From the NCBI GenBank assembly GCA_973895155.1, contig OZ316895.1, positions 13,019,363 to 13,083,362 of the forward strand: DNA of 64,000 nucleotides, given 5' to 3'. This document shows positions 12,601 to 24,714 of the stretch, piece after piece. Below the pieces are notes generated by a model, which did no database searches, was not told the origin of the DNA, and worked only from the letters and a program-made list of their open reading frames with translations. Origin of the DNA: Marsupella aquatica. Its lineage: Eukaryota > Plantae > Marchantiophyta. The translations under genes and the position numbers were made by a program. The stretch's first letter is position 1; each line of letters opens with the position of its first letter.

Positions 12601-14580
12601 AGGACAATAAAAGCTAGAAAAATATCTTAAATATCTAGAAGCAAGCAAAATTGAGGCAAATCTAGGAACGACCAAAATCACCCCTCGCCCGAAACGGTAC
12701 ATTGTGTAGTATTTTCTGGCTTGAGGCATAGTGAGTGTTCAACATTGCGATTGATGATTCAAATTCAAAGATTCTGGAATGTACCCTTTGCAGGAGAAAA
12801 TTCTGTTTGCCTTGCGTCAGCGTTCTCTCTTCCCGTGGGACCTACAGTCGTTGCAACAAAGCTGGAGTCTTGGTTCCAGACAGCTCAGACTCCAACGTGA
12901 TCAAGCAAGTAGAAAACATCGGTACAGTATCCGTTTAGCTTTGTTTTCTTCGCCCTGAAAAGGAACAGCATCCTCGTAGTTGCCGTAGGACCTGTTATGC
13001 TTTCTCAGGGTACCGTGAGTACTCAGTCAGCTTAATCATGACTGTATTGACAATCATGCAAAAATCTTTCCTTCCTGCTTTTCGTATATGTTCACTATTG
13101 TCTCGAATCTGGGGATTTGGATGACGCATCAGTCCAATTTAGAAAGCCTGCCTACACCATCTCGTATGATATGTGCTAGAGCTGAGGGAGTAAACATCTT
13201 ATCGATCAGGCCGAGCCCCTCTCTCAGATATCTTACAATTCTAAAGATTCGGTCTAGACTGTTGATATTCCTTTGGGGAAATTGGTAGGTCCCAATTCAA
13301 TTGTCGGAGCTTACATTGGCTTACAGTAGGCAGAGTTTGCATTGGTGGGTCGTTATTGGTCAATGGAATCTACTTTTCGTTTCTGGTTTTATAGTTGGAA
13401 AGAAAAATCCATGATAGACAAACAAGAGGAAGAGCCGGCCAAACTTTACTGTACAACAAATGCCTCAGTCTGGCGTATGAAAGGCCTCAATCGTCCAATG
13501 CGACAATAGGGCGAGTGAGACAATGAGATGAAGAAATGGCGAAGTGCAGCACAGTTTGGAGACTTTGACAATGCTACAATCTTGGTGGTGGGTTTGAAGG
13601 AAGGACGGCAGCTAGACCCTGTCTCTTCACGAGTGATATATTGCTTCTAAGCATTTAATACCTCTCCAAGGTGTTGAAATCTACTCTTTCCTTCCTATGG
13701 GCAGATAGGAGGATCGAGATCGAGCAAATATTTCGAAAGGAAGAGGCGAATGCGATTGACCGAGCTCGAATTTCAATTCAGGCGTTCGAAATGGAAACAG
13801 CGTAGATTCGAAGGCAGGCACTCTGGCTGCTCTAATAGTTTTGAACTCGAAAGAAAACCTGGGTGTTAATTAATGGCCAACTGACTCCGAGGTCCAAGCT
13901 ACCGTGGGGTTGGATCTCAAAATTCGATCCGATTGGATTGGGTTAAATTGGATTGGACTTGACTGAAGCTGAACTGGATTGGATTAGGCTCGTCTGCATG
14001 AAACTGGACTGGGCGACCAATCATCTGAACAAAAAAGCCCTTTCAGGCTGCGGTGTTGAATTTCAAGTCGCCAGCCTAGCGTTTGATCTAAAATTACTGT
14101 GTAATTGGCTATCTAGAAAACAATGATGTCTCCACATTCCTAGTGTTCCCGAAGTGTATTCACATTCGATAGAAATGCACCATCGAAGGGGTTCCGATCT
14201 TGTGTCTATTTTCTGTGGCCTTAGATTACATCCTTCCTGATAGATGCATGTGTAATCATCAATTACTTCAAAAGTGGTCATTAGAGTCTACCGCATCGAT
14301 CCATCCGCTAATCACAACAATATTCAATAGCTTATATACAGATCAGTAAGCAGCATGAATAATTATGGGCTACATATCAAGTTATGTGTTATGCATTAGA
14401 AAGTTTGTTGTCAAGCAAGAAATTCAAGCTTACCCGCATGGTGATCGATGCAATACCAACAGTTTTGAGGTTAGCGGTCAATTTGTGGGCTGGCTAGATC
14501 GAGTGATGGAATACGATATGTTCGATTGATCATGCGATCTTTTGTGCGTTGCATAAACGTAAATTGCACTCGTGCGAGCT

Positions 14581-15660
14581 ATGTTCAGCTCCGAGACAAT
14601 CAATCGCATAATGGCCAGGAATTTCATGTCAATGACGGAAGCAATAGAATCTGGCTTGACTTCAGTAACGGCTAATATAACTTCACCGAATCGGGACGCG
14701 CGTCCACCACAGATGAGCGTAATGGCAGTGGACGTGAAATTCCACACCCTCATGGTCGTCATCGCCTACATAGTGAGCATGTTGGTGATTCTGGCTGTGC
14801 TGCACCGATTATACACGCACGCGTACCACTTCACGCCGCCGTATCGGCAAGCATATGAGGAGCTCATAGCTGCGCGTAGTTTTGTGCAACAAGGAGCAAT
14901 AGAGTTCGATGATAGCACTCAACAATTCAGACCGCTCCGACCCATTGTGCAGGCTCCGGGTTCTGGCTCAGGCGGAGGAGGAGAAGGAACGAATGGTGGT
15001 TCACGAGGAGGGACCTCTGGGACGGATGAAATCGTGGCCGCGATGGAGGAGGATGCGCAGTTCTCGTCGGAAGTGCTGGCGAGGCTAGAGCAGGACCTGA
15101 GGGCCACAAGCTTCCGAGAGCGGGAGCAGCTCGCCGCTGTGCTGAATGCTGCTGATCTCGTTCCAAGCGGAAGCAGATCATTGATTCTCTTCCCCGTACG
15201 TTCCAATTCTTCCCGAATGACGTCGGTGAGGCCCGAGTTCGGTAGCCGCTTAGACAACCTCCATAGGGCGACTCAAAGCGCTCGGTTTGCTCACGTCATT
15301 GTATCGTCATCGCCATCGACATCGTCGGCTGCTGCTACATTGGGAAGCAACAATGGTCAGCTTCCCACTCACACTCGTTCCTTTTCTTTACAGACACGGG
15401 CGGGGCCGTTTGGATTTGATCTGTTCGGTTTCCATAGGGCGAGTCAAAGTCCTCCGTTTCCTTCGGGCCTGGGCATTCGGAGTACTTCGCTCTCCACCAC
15501 TCCGTCGACAAGTGCTCGATTTGGTCAAGGGGTCGTCGTCTCAGCGTCACCCTCGATGTCTGACGAAGCTGCAAGAGCTGTTCCTACCGGATGGACAACC
15601 AGTTCGGCTCCGGTACCGGTGAGACTTTATAATCCGCGGAAGAAATCGGAACAGCGGTAG
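14581..15660 (+). CDS. Hypothetical intronless single-pass membrane protein with Gly/Ser-rich disordered tail (359 aa from the first ATG)
   Basis: 1080-nt open frame, CpG-rich relative to its flanks. One hydrophobic helix (LMVVIAYIVSMLVILAVL) followed by HR, an acidic helical segment and a Ser/Thr/Pro-rich C-terminus. No family recognised. Confidence 0.6.
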   Translation: MFSSETINRIMARNFMSMTEAIESGLTSVTANITSPNRDARPPQMSVMAVDVKFHTLMVVIAYIVSMLVILAVLHRLYTHAYHFTPPYRQAYEELIAARSFVQQGAIEFDDSTQQFRPLRPIVQAPGSGSGGGGEGTNGGSRGGTSGTDEIVAAMEEDAQFSSEVLARLEQDLRATSFREREQLAAVLNAADLVPSGSRSLILFPVRSNSSRMTSVRPEFGSRLDNLHRATQSARFAHVIVSSSPSTSSAAATLGSNNGQLPTHTRSFSLQTRAGPFGFDLFGFHRASQSPPFPSGLGIRSTSLSTTPSTSARFGQGVVVSASPSMSDEAARAVPTGWTTSSAPVPVRLYNPRKKSEQR

Positions 15661-18600
15661 CTAGCTTACAAATGCGGTTCATACTCTCGCTCCCTTCGAT
15701 GCAATACAAAGACACTATCGGCAAGAACTTGTCGAATGTCGAGCAATGCAAATTCAGCTCTTAAAGCTCGACATTCAATGTCTTGAAAGGTGGAAGCTGG
15801 TTCAGCCTCTGGAGGTGGTCAGTCACTGAGTAGGCTCCAGTTTGAAGCTCGATCAATTCACAGCTTTGAGGAGATGGTCTTCCCGTGACTACTGTCAGAG
15901 TTTGAGAGAGAGTTTCTCCCATCACTGGATTGGGTTACTAATGCGATTAATTGTACTAGACCAGATGGAAAAAATCGCTCTCAAACCGTGAGCTCATGGT
16001 AAGCACGTCAAGAGGGAAGCGGGGAGGGAAGCCGGGCGGGCCGGGAGAAAGGGCATGCCCGAGCAACAGGCTGGATTACTCTGGCCCACTTCAAGTCTTC
16101 GACAATTCAATCCAACCATGGGTGACTGAAGCTGGTATCTGGGTGGATTGCAGTGCAGGGAGAAAGGGGCTTAATCCATCATGCAATCAGAGAAAACTTG
16201 TCACTGTCTTGCGAATTTTGAATAGAATGGGAGCCTGTGAGAATGAAGTTAAGTTACTGTGTACAGAAGCTGCGCGTCTTCCACAAGGAAAGCTAGGGGT
16301 ACAGCATGTGAAATGTTAACGCGGAAAAAATGGTCCGAAATATTATCTCCATGCAATTTCGAGTTTGCAACACGATTGGCTTTGATTAAAATCAGAGAAG
16401 ACTCAGTTTCACTTGGCATGTCAGGCATCTAGGATGAGATTCTAAAAGTGTCCGAGAGAGCAGTTCTACACTTACGGAGGGATCACTGCGTCTGACTGAA
16501 ATTGCAGATCGGCAGAAAACGGCACGCAGCTGGGCCAGGCGACTTTAGCTTCAATGATTTAACAATGGAAGGGTTTCCCGGCCCTGACGATGAAATCCAA
16601 AGACATCCGGCATTTGCATAATTATTTCTTCTCGCTTACTAAGCTCCTCTGTGTGACTGAACGCCATAATCTAATTGAGACTTGGTTTCAATAATGCCAT
16701 GCTTAAATAGTTTGAAACGAAGATGGCTCATAATACTCTCTTAGGCGCTTAATTTTTTTGACGAGAGAGACCCGTCGAGAAAACCTGAGTGTCAACGAAC
16801 GATCTTCGGAAACAAATGTTGAGTGAAGACCATTCACAGCGGCAGGACTGTACACTACAGACTATTAATTAGATATACCTTAGTTTTCGATCGTGCAGAC
16901 AGCGATTCATTATGTCAACGAGGTCTCTGTTGAGTTGAAAGCTAGCTCCACAGCTCATCATCCTATTCAACGGAGAAGTCAGTCAGTGCACGATAGAGTT
17001 GCACAAGGGACCATAATGAGGGGCCGCTCGTACAGGTGTCACCATAGTCTAGTCAACTGGGCCTGCAAGGAGGCAATCATGCGCGTCACTACTCTCTCTG
17101 TACTCTGTAGTCTACAGTTTGAAATTAATGTAATGGAGCTACACCGTGGGGTGTCACGGATTTCACTGTCTGTCGTAGCAGAACTCTATCTCAAATTCTG
17201 CCAGCCTCGTCAACATCTTCAAACATTGTGTCTGTTCTAGAGAATATGCCGCGTCACTCTCGTGATGCCTGATGACCCGAGATTACCTGGTGTTTGCGAA
17301 ACCTTGGAGATCGTCAAACCTTTCTGGACTGGGTTACTGTCAGGAATTTGACCTGCATATCAATTTAAGACCTCGTTGACGGCATGTAGGATGGGCTTTC
17401 ATTCGACTAATCGAAAAGTGTCCAATTGCTGCAGAGCAGAGCTTTTCCAGAAGCTCAGAAAACAAAAGAAATTGTATTCCTCACTGTTCATGTCAGCTCT
17501 ACTTAAGACAACCATGCATGTTAGGTGATTTTGTTGACAATTCTACCTCGCTCCTTGTTAGGTGGTGACATGCCAGGTGCTTGTTAGGTAGACGCTGTTA
17601 GGTAGGTGTTGTGTATATTAGTTTAGTGCTTGGGCCTTCCTGTAATCACTGCCACACTTCTTTGGCTTTTCTTGCCTCTGCCGGGTATTTATTAGGTTCC
17701 CCCCGGTTCGTTCACCGTATCTAAGACTAGGATCATTCTTCATTGTGCAAATATGCTTTCCAGTGTGATACGTCACGATTTCACTCCTTCGGCATGTGAT
17801 TCAGATATGACATATAAACATCCAATTGTGATCGATTCAAGGTGGGGTTTTTCGAAGCTGTAGTATCAATTGATTGGAATAGTTTCAATGGATTGGAAGT
17901 ATTCAGTATGCTATCAAAGGATCTGTAAACTTACTACCAGAGAGATCCATAATTGAGCCCTGACTGTGGGATCCCCCAGGTTAGTTTGCTCGATGAAAAT
18001 CCTTTCTGCTGATGTGCCTCCTTTGCGTTCGGTGGTGGTCCGAGCAAAGTTTAAATTCCACGTAGGTCGATGATTTGAAGCAAATGATGAATGGACGAGT
18101 TTCAAGTCTGGTCTGCAGGGGGCGTGGGAAGAAGATTTCAGCCCATCAGCTTACAGTTGCATTTGGCACTCAAGTGAGAATCCTAAAACAAGGAAGGCGA
18201 GAGCCTCGATCACTTCCCTTCGATTCGCCTAAGTCTCTGATAATTGGACTCACAACGGATTGTTAACGTGAAATCTCGTTACCCTCAACATCATCGTAGC
18301 ATCGGGAGTAGCATTGATCAGTGGCATCTCCCTATGCTTACAATAAGAGTCACGAATGAGATGGAATCATTCATTGTTAATTTAATTTTATGAAATTTGG
18401 AGACCGAAACTAGTCCAAAATATATTTCTGAGTTGGTACGGAACGAGCACGTCCGATCACATGTTCAATTGTCGTAATCAAGATTGGAATTTTTTTCCGC
18501 ATAAAATTTTACAACACCTATAAGAGTACTGAGTTCGGAGGAGTCAAAGATCGTTGTCTCAGTTGCTACACCAGACTGTTCTATCTAAGATTGAATTTCC

Positions 18601-20181
18601 ATAGAGAAGTTTTGGATCAGACGTTAGGCACTGTAGTGATGGAGATAGTGGTAGTGTGGGACCGCAGACTCCTCCAATAGTGTACGACCATTTCAACGAG
18701 GCTCGTTTGATCGCGGAATCCAAATAATCAGTCAACTTTGATTCTCGTTTGATTTAATGAGAATTGAATCGACCTAAATTTGACTGATGGGAAGCCAAAT
18801 GTCACGACCGTAGACTAATAGCTCTCGGGAGAAAGATTTTCTACAATTTTGCATTCCAAGGGTTGGATAGTTTCGTTCCCTCATGACTCCACGCATGCTG
18901 GAGAATTTTGCCGTCCGGGTATCTGAGATCTAGGGAGTGTCCCCTGTACTGCAAATCGTCTGAGCGGAAGAAAATCAAATAACTTGTCGAATCAATATCA
19001 ATTGAAGGAAGACGTGTGCCGTCCTGAGCCTGAATTAGGAACACTGTAAATCATTTTGAGAGCAAAGAATTTATCGATTGAAGGAATATTTATTGCGTCC
19101 GGGGTTCTGCATCTACGGTGGCAAGTACTCTGATCCGAATTGAGGAACGTACCGATCGAAGAAATTGCTGACTAAACACGTTCCATTTTTGGTTTGGGGT
19201 AGGGTCCATGAGGGCTTCTGATCAGGATAACTACGAAGAACGTGAACGTGAACGTGAAGTAGAACCCGATCGAGCACACAAGCTAAACAGATCTGATTAG
19301 GAAAGAAAACATAACTGTTTGAGTCCGGAGTGATCGAGAACCACATGGATGAAACCTCATGTAGAGCAATTTAGTGCTAGTGGAGGGCCCCTTCAGCAAG
19401 ATCCATTGAGCTAGCCAAGATGCGGTCCGGATGAGGGGGCTACACTTTCGTTTGCTCGAATAACCAACTTACTGCTAGTACGTGGAGGGTAACGGAGGAA
19501 TTCCAGTGACATTATCCTCGCATCGTGTGATCATCACCTTTCCTATCTTAACGGTTCTGTAGTTGAAGAAGCTTTCGATTTCGCCTCTGGGACTTTCCAA
19601 AACTGAGTTGAAGGGATCGGCATTGCAGATACAGCTGAGAGAAAAGGATCGTTCGTTGCCATGACATTATGACAGCCAGAATCAGTCGGGAAGGCATACG
19701 ACAGAAGCCAGAAAGACTCAAAATACCACGGCCGGGCTGAGAAAGAGAAGAGGGTGTGAGAAACTGATCTGGGTGATTGGCATTATGGAGGATTTAATCG
19801 ATAGATTCAGGCAGGCAAAGTATATAGGAGGAAGTGTTTCAGTCAAAAGGTGTCAGAACTAAGAAAATGGAGAGCAGATAAAGCAAGATCCATGACGATA
19901 CTAGTGAAGGGTGAGGGACCAAGAATGATGAATTGAGCCACCACAATGTCGTTGGAACAGACAACTTAATCTGATGCTTCTAGCTTAGCTCAAGGATCCC
20001 CGAATGGATCTATGGTGACTGTCAATCACAACCTACCTGCCATAATTTAAGGCCTGAGCTCACGAGCATTCTACTAATCGCCCCAATTTCAGTTTTGCTC
20101 TCTATGTTGAACTGAACAGTCTTGGGCCCTCTGTCATTCGGCCCCCCAGGAACTAAAATAAATAGATGAAGTGAAAAAATG

Positions 20182-20442
20182 AATGGCAACTTGGCCTTGA
20201 TTGCAATTCAATCAAGGAAATGCTTATAGATGAAATGAGTATGGTTTTAGTACATTCTCATGGCTTTTGGTAATTGCGCATTAAATGTGACAAGGAACTA
20301 GAATGAAGAGATCGAGTGAACGAAAGTAATGGCAACTTGGCCTTGATTGAATTGAAAACAAGGAAATGCTTTTAGACGAAGTTAGTATGGTTTTAGTACT
20401 CACTCTCATGCCTTCTGGCAATTGCACATTAATATGTGACAA
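20182..20442. repeat. Two diverged direct copies of about 112 bp
   Basis: AATGGCAACTTGGCCTTGATTG...AAGGAAATGCTT...GTATGGTTTTAGTAC...ATGTGACAA at about 20182-20293 and 20328-20442. Confidence 0.85.
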
Positions 20443-22100
20443 TATAGTTTACTATGAATAACCCTAAGTGCATTAAAGAGAATAACTAGGTTTATCATAG
20501 TATGAAGTGATGTACTAGATTGTCACATTCTGATGCATAATTACATTGATCACATTTTGATGTGCAATAATTCTGTCATTCGTAGTACAGACTTACACAG
20601 TGTAAGGTATTTACTTGGTGCGTATTGATTTCACTATCGTTTTCCTTCCTGACCAAGGCTCCTTTGTTTCAATAGGGCTAGAAGTTTCATATGCCAGGAT
20701 GATCTCTTCACATAAGACTCATGGGAATTCCTATGACGGTTGTGGGAGCAAATCTTTAGTTTTTGTACGCTCAACACTCAACCAACTTTAATCACAGTCC
20801 TTTAACTTCAGGCACAAATGCTATTCACATGTTTTGGACAGTAGCTTGTGATTCTAGAAATTAGCAAACTACCCTGCTCTGCCTGCTGCATTGGGGATGA
20901 CAGCAGCTAAGGAAAAGGGACATGTAATTGAGGTGGAAGTTAGGCCCTAACCCTTGCCACATGGGATGGGTCAATGCTGCCTCAAGCTACTGTAGCTCAT
21001 TCTTGCATTTTCATAAGAAGACTCTCAAAGGGTGCAAAGCTGCACAAGACCAAGTCCCAGTAGAAAGCAGAGAAAACCCCAGGAACAAACCAGAGGGACA
21101 AGCTAGGTTAGCCCCCAAGGATACATCCGAGAGATTACTAACAGAAGGCCCTGGAAGTGTTTGTCAGTACCATGCAAGCAAACAGAAAGTTTCTACCAAG
21201 CCAATGTTCAAAGGAAATGTAATCTCTAATACCTGGTTTCAGATACCTTAATTTTTGTGTCAAGTTTCTCTGAAAACACAATTTTTGGATTCCTTTTCTA
21301 GTACAGAACTCTGGCCATCTAGAGTCCTACAAATGGACTAGAATATACCCCTGTGAGAACACCTACAAACAGAGATAACATACAAACCCAGTCAGAGGGT
21401 AGCAACCTACAGTAACACGCAGGCAAAGAGGTGCACAAGAGACTTTGTAAATTCATATTGAATTGGTGATCGGTTGTGACTAGCTAGCAATACCCTTCCT
21501 TGTTGGCAAAAAGTCCTGATTGCTTGTATTTTACAAATTGCCCAAAGGCCCATAGAGCCAACGTCACTAAAGACTTGTTGAGCATAGACGACATTTGCAA
21601 CGGCAAGCCCATGAACCATCCAACGTACAATAGTCGACACAGAGAGATACGTGGTTCACCTCTACATGAGACTATGTCCACAGGAACACACAAGAGCTTT
21701 ACTGCACTCTAGGCCAACAGACCATACCAAGCATCCACAGCACAAGCTCTCCCTATCTCTCAACTAGCTCCGTAACAATGAGCCTAAGTTCCACCAGGGT
21801 CTGGCATCAGCCCTGGCTATATGCACAACAGCACTACCGCTAATATTAACTAAGTCCTAACCCGAGTTAGACTAACTGTGGTTAGCTCATGAGTCACAAA
21901 ACTAGAACAATATCTAACAAGACTAATAATTGTGAAAGAGGTTTGGTTTGGGCTGTAAATTAAAGGATTTGGGTTACAAGTTAATGTTAATTCTACCTGG
22001 GCGCCTTTGCCCCTTCATGTAGTCTTTTCCAGATTCTTGCTTTCTTTTTCCTGTTCAGTGTTGAAGGAATATATCTTGGGAGCCTTTTTGCTCAGCTGAG

Positions 22101-22398
22101 CTCTATACATGAAATGTTTGAATTGATGAGGGCCTTAATTCACCTCTTTAATTCACCTCTGTCTCATTCGTTCCTCTAGTGGATATCTAGAAAGACCACA
22201 CCTCTATACATAAGTGTTTGAATTTATGAGGCCCTTCTATTATTCACCTCTTTTGGTTCTTTGCTGTAGTGGACAACTAGAAAGTCTGTCCACACTTCTG
22301 TACACAAGTGCCTTAATTGATGAGGGCCTTGTGTTATTCACCTCTTGTGCTTCTTTTGGCATACTTTGCATTAGTGTACATTTAGAAAGACCACACTC
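22101..22398. repeat. Three degenerate tandem copies of about 95-100 bp
   Basis: CTCTATACA...AATTGATGAGGGCC...ATTCACCTCT...TAGTGGA...TAGAAAG..CCACAC recurs three times. Confidence 0.8.
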
Positions 22399-24714
22399 AA
22401 AACAACAACCCATGTGCAGCACGACAGGGTCTTAAAGTGGGTGCACTATATCTCTCTTTGAAGACTCAACATATTGCATGTGGCAGACTTTCAAGTCAAA
22501 AGGCTTTTGCTCTTCTCATCAATAATCTATTTAGCATGTTCTGTTACCATTTTGCATCTTTTCATGTGTACTGCAGAGTGTGCTGCAGCAGCACACTTCT
22601 GTTTAGACAATTTGTGAAGCCACAGTACTTTTGCCCTACAGTTCCATCTCGTCCTCCTGGAGGGTGGAGGCACATATGGAAAAGTCCTGATTTATTATTT
22701 GCAAGAATAGTGTGTACCCGCGGTGCCATACTGTTAGTGCCATGCTGTTTTTGGAATTAACAATAATTATTAAAATATTGGCTCTGAACTGACAACAGTT
22801 GTAAAGTGCTTGTGAACGATCAAAAGGACTATTTTATGATGGAAATCTTAAAAATCCTCTGAGCATTTTGCTGTGAGTACTAACTTTTCAGTGGACACAT
22901 TATTTTAAAATTTCAACTAAAATACAGGAGAATGCAGTGTTGCTTTATTGCCTTGAAGTGAAGACTAATTAATGTTTCTGGCAGATCCTGCGCGAACCAG
23001 GGTGACGCTAAAGTAATTGCGTCAGATTTTCCGTCCATTATGTTGCTAGTCACTTTGAAGTTCTCACAATTAATAAGTCGTTCTTTTTTTAGAAATTCAG
23101 CTCCCACCGACTAAATTTTAGATAACTTTTGTGAAACTTGGGAAAGCGATTCCAATGCATGATATTCTGAAACATTGACTTTCAGTAGAGATATACCAGT
23201 AGTTAAACCATTGACTTCATGAAAAGAAACATGAGAAGTTTGGATCCACATTTATTTGCCCTCCACAACTTTCTATATCTCTAATGTATATATATTGTTT
23301 CTTAAGTGGAATATAAAATCTAGAGACAATTTTTCTGGGACTAGGGAACACGAAAAGAATGTCTCCTATTGGCGTGGCAAAAAGGTGAATTTCACACAAG
23401 CACATGCGCCTTTGAGACAACGCACTCATGGAAAACATTATGAACCTGATACCTACTCTAGTCTTGGTAACACTACTTGCACAGGAGGTCATTTATATTG
23501 GTGTAAACAACATGAATTGATATTTTCAAGTGGAGATTTGATATGGCCGACCTTTCATAGGAAACATTATGTAAGGCTACATAACACTATTTGTAGAATA
23601 CCACTTACTGTACCAGTGGCTTTTGCATAGCAGCATTTGCTGTGTGAGGTTCCCGCTGACTAGTCCTGATAACACTACTTGAGTATGACATCAAAATTTG
23701 GTGTAAACATAGATTTATGTTACTGTAATTTACAGCTACATGTCAATATTAACGTAAACACCGTCGACTGTGCCAATGTCTTTTGCACAACAACATCTTC
23801 CGCAAGAGCTTCCCACTGGAATGTAGCTAATTTTATCACTTCTCAGATTGTTCTGGAGCTGAAGAAGTGATGGGTCCACAGTTGTTGGGAAACTCTGTTA
23901 TATTAAGCCCCTTGGACCCCACTCTCAGATGTTGTCGAGTCTCTAAGTTTATATTTAAGAGATAAGAGAATGAACTCAAATTTTTCCTAGTGTCTAGTCT
24001 TTTATGTGCAAACCCCACTTTCCAACGGGTTAGCTAACTAAAGGCGGGACTAAAGGTAGTCAACTGATCAAACTGGGTTTCTGAACCTCACTTGCTGCAA
24101 GAAGACTTCTACAATTGGGTCGTGCTGGTTGGGATGACTACTGTCTACAAACTCCACACTGAATATAGTACATAGAGTTGATTTGGAGATGTGAACTTGG
24201 ATGTCTCATGTCCTGTGTGCAATGGGAAGTGTGCACACCATTGACCCAATAGGGTGTGTCAAAGCAGGGCTCATAAGTGAAATATGGCCAAAGATATAAA
24301 ATGAATTTATGGCCAGGACAAAAACATTCCAGGCTACTTATAGAGGTGCCCCTTATGGATCAGAAGTCCAAAAGTCAAAGCCATAACACCATGCCTATGG
24401 TCTTCTTGTGGCCTCTTCCATTCTTTCGTCCCTATATTGGGCCACACTGACCCTGTCTCCAGTTAGGTGTTTTTGCCTTTGGGCACTGTGATGTATATTT
24501 GACATCCCTAACAGAGTGTGTCAATAGAGGGCCCTAAGTGAGGTACGGCCAAGGACATAAAATGATATTACAAAAATGCTACAGGCTACCTAAATGAGTG
24601 TCTTGTTTAGGGCAGTCCTCTGACATACCTAATAATACTAAATAGGTTTCCTCTAAGGCCCGTGCAGGTCATCTCACATCAAAATGTGGTAATATCTGTG
24701 TACACTCATTATTT

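Noticed and set aside
11028-13290. Coding-like sequence with scattered short ORFs and a 42-nt GT-AG segment on the - strand
   Set aside because: Stops in all frames and no recognisable domain. It may be a decayed gene or TE but cannot be supported.
20900-21720. Possible old LINE C-terminal remnant on the - strand
   Set aside because: Only a vague resemblance; no intact diagnostic motif.
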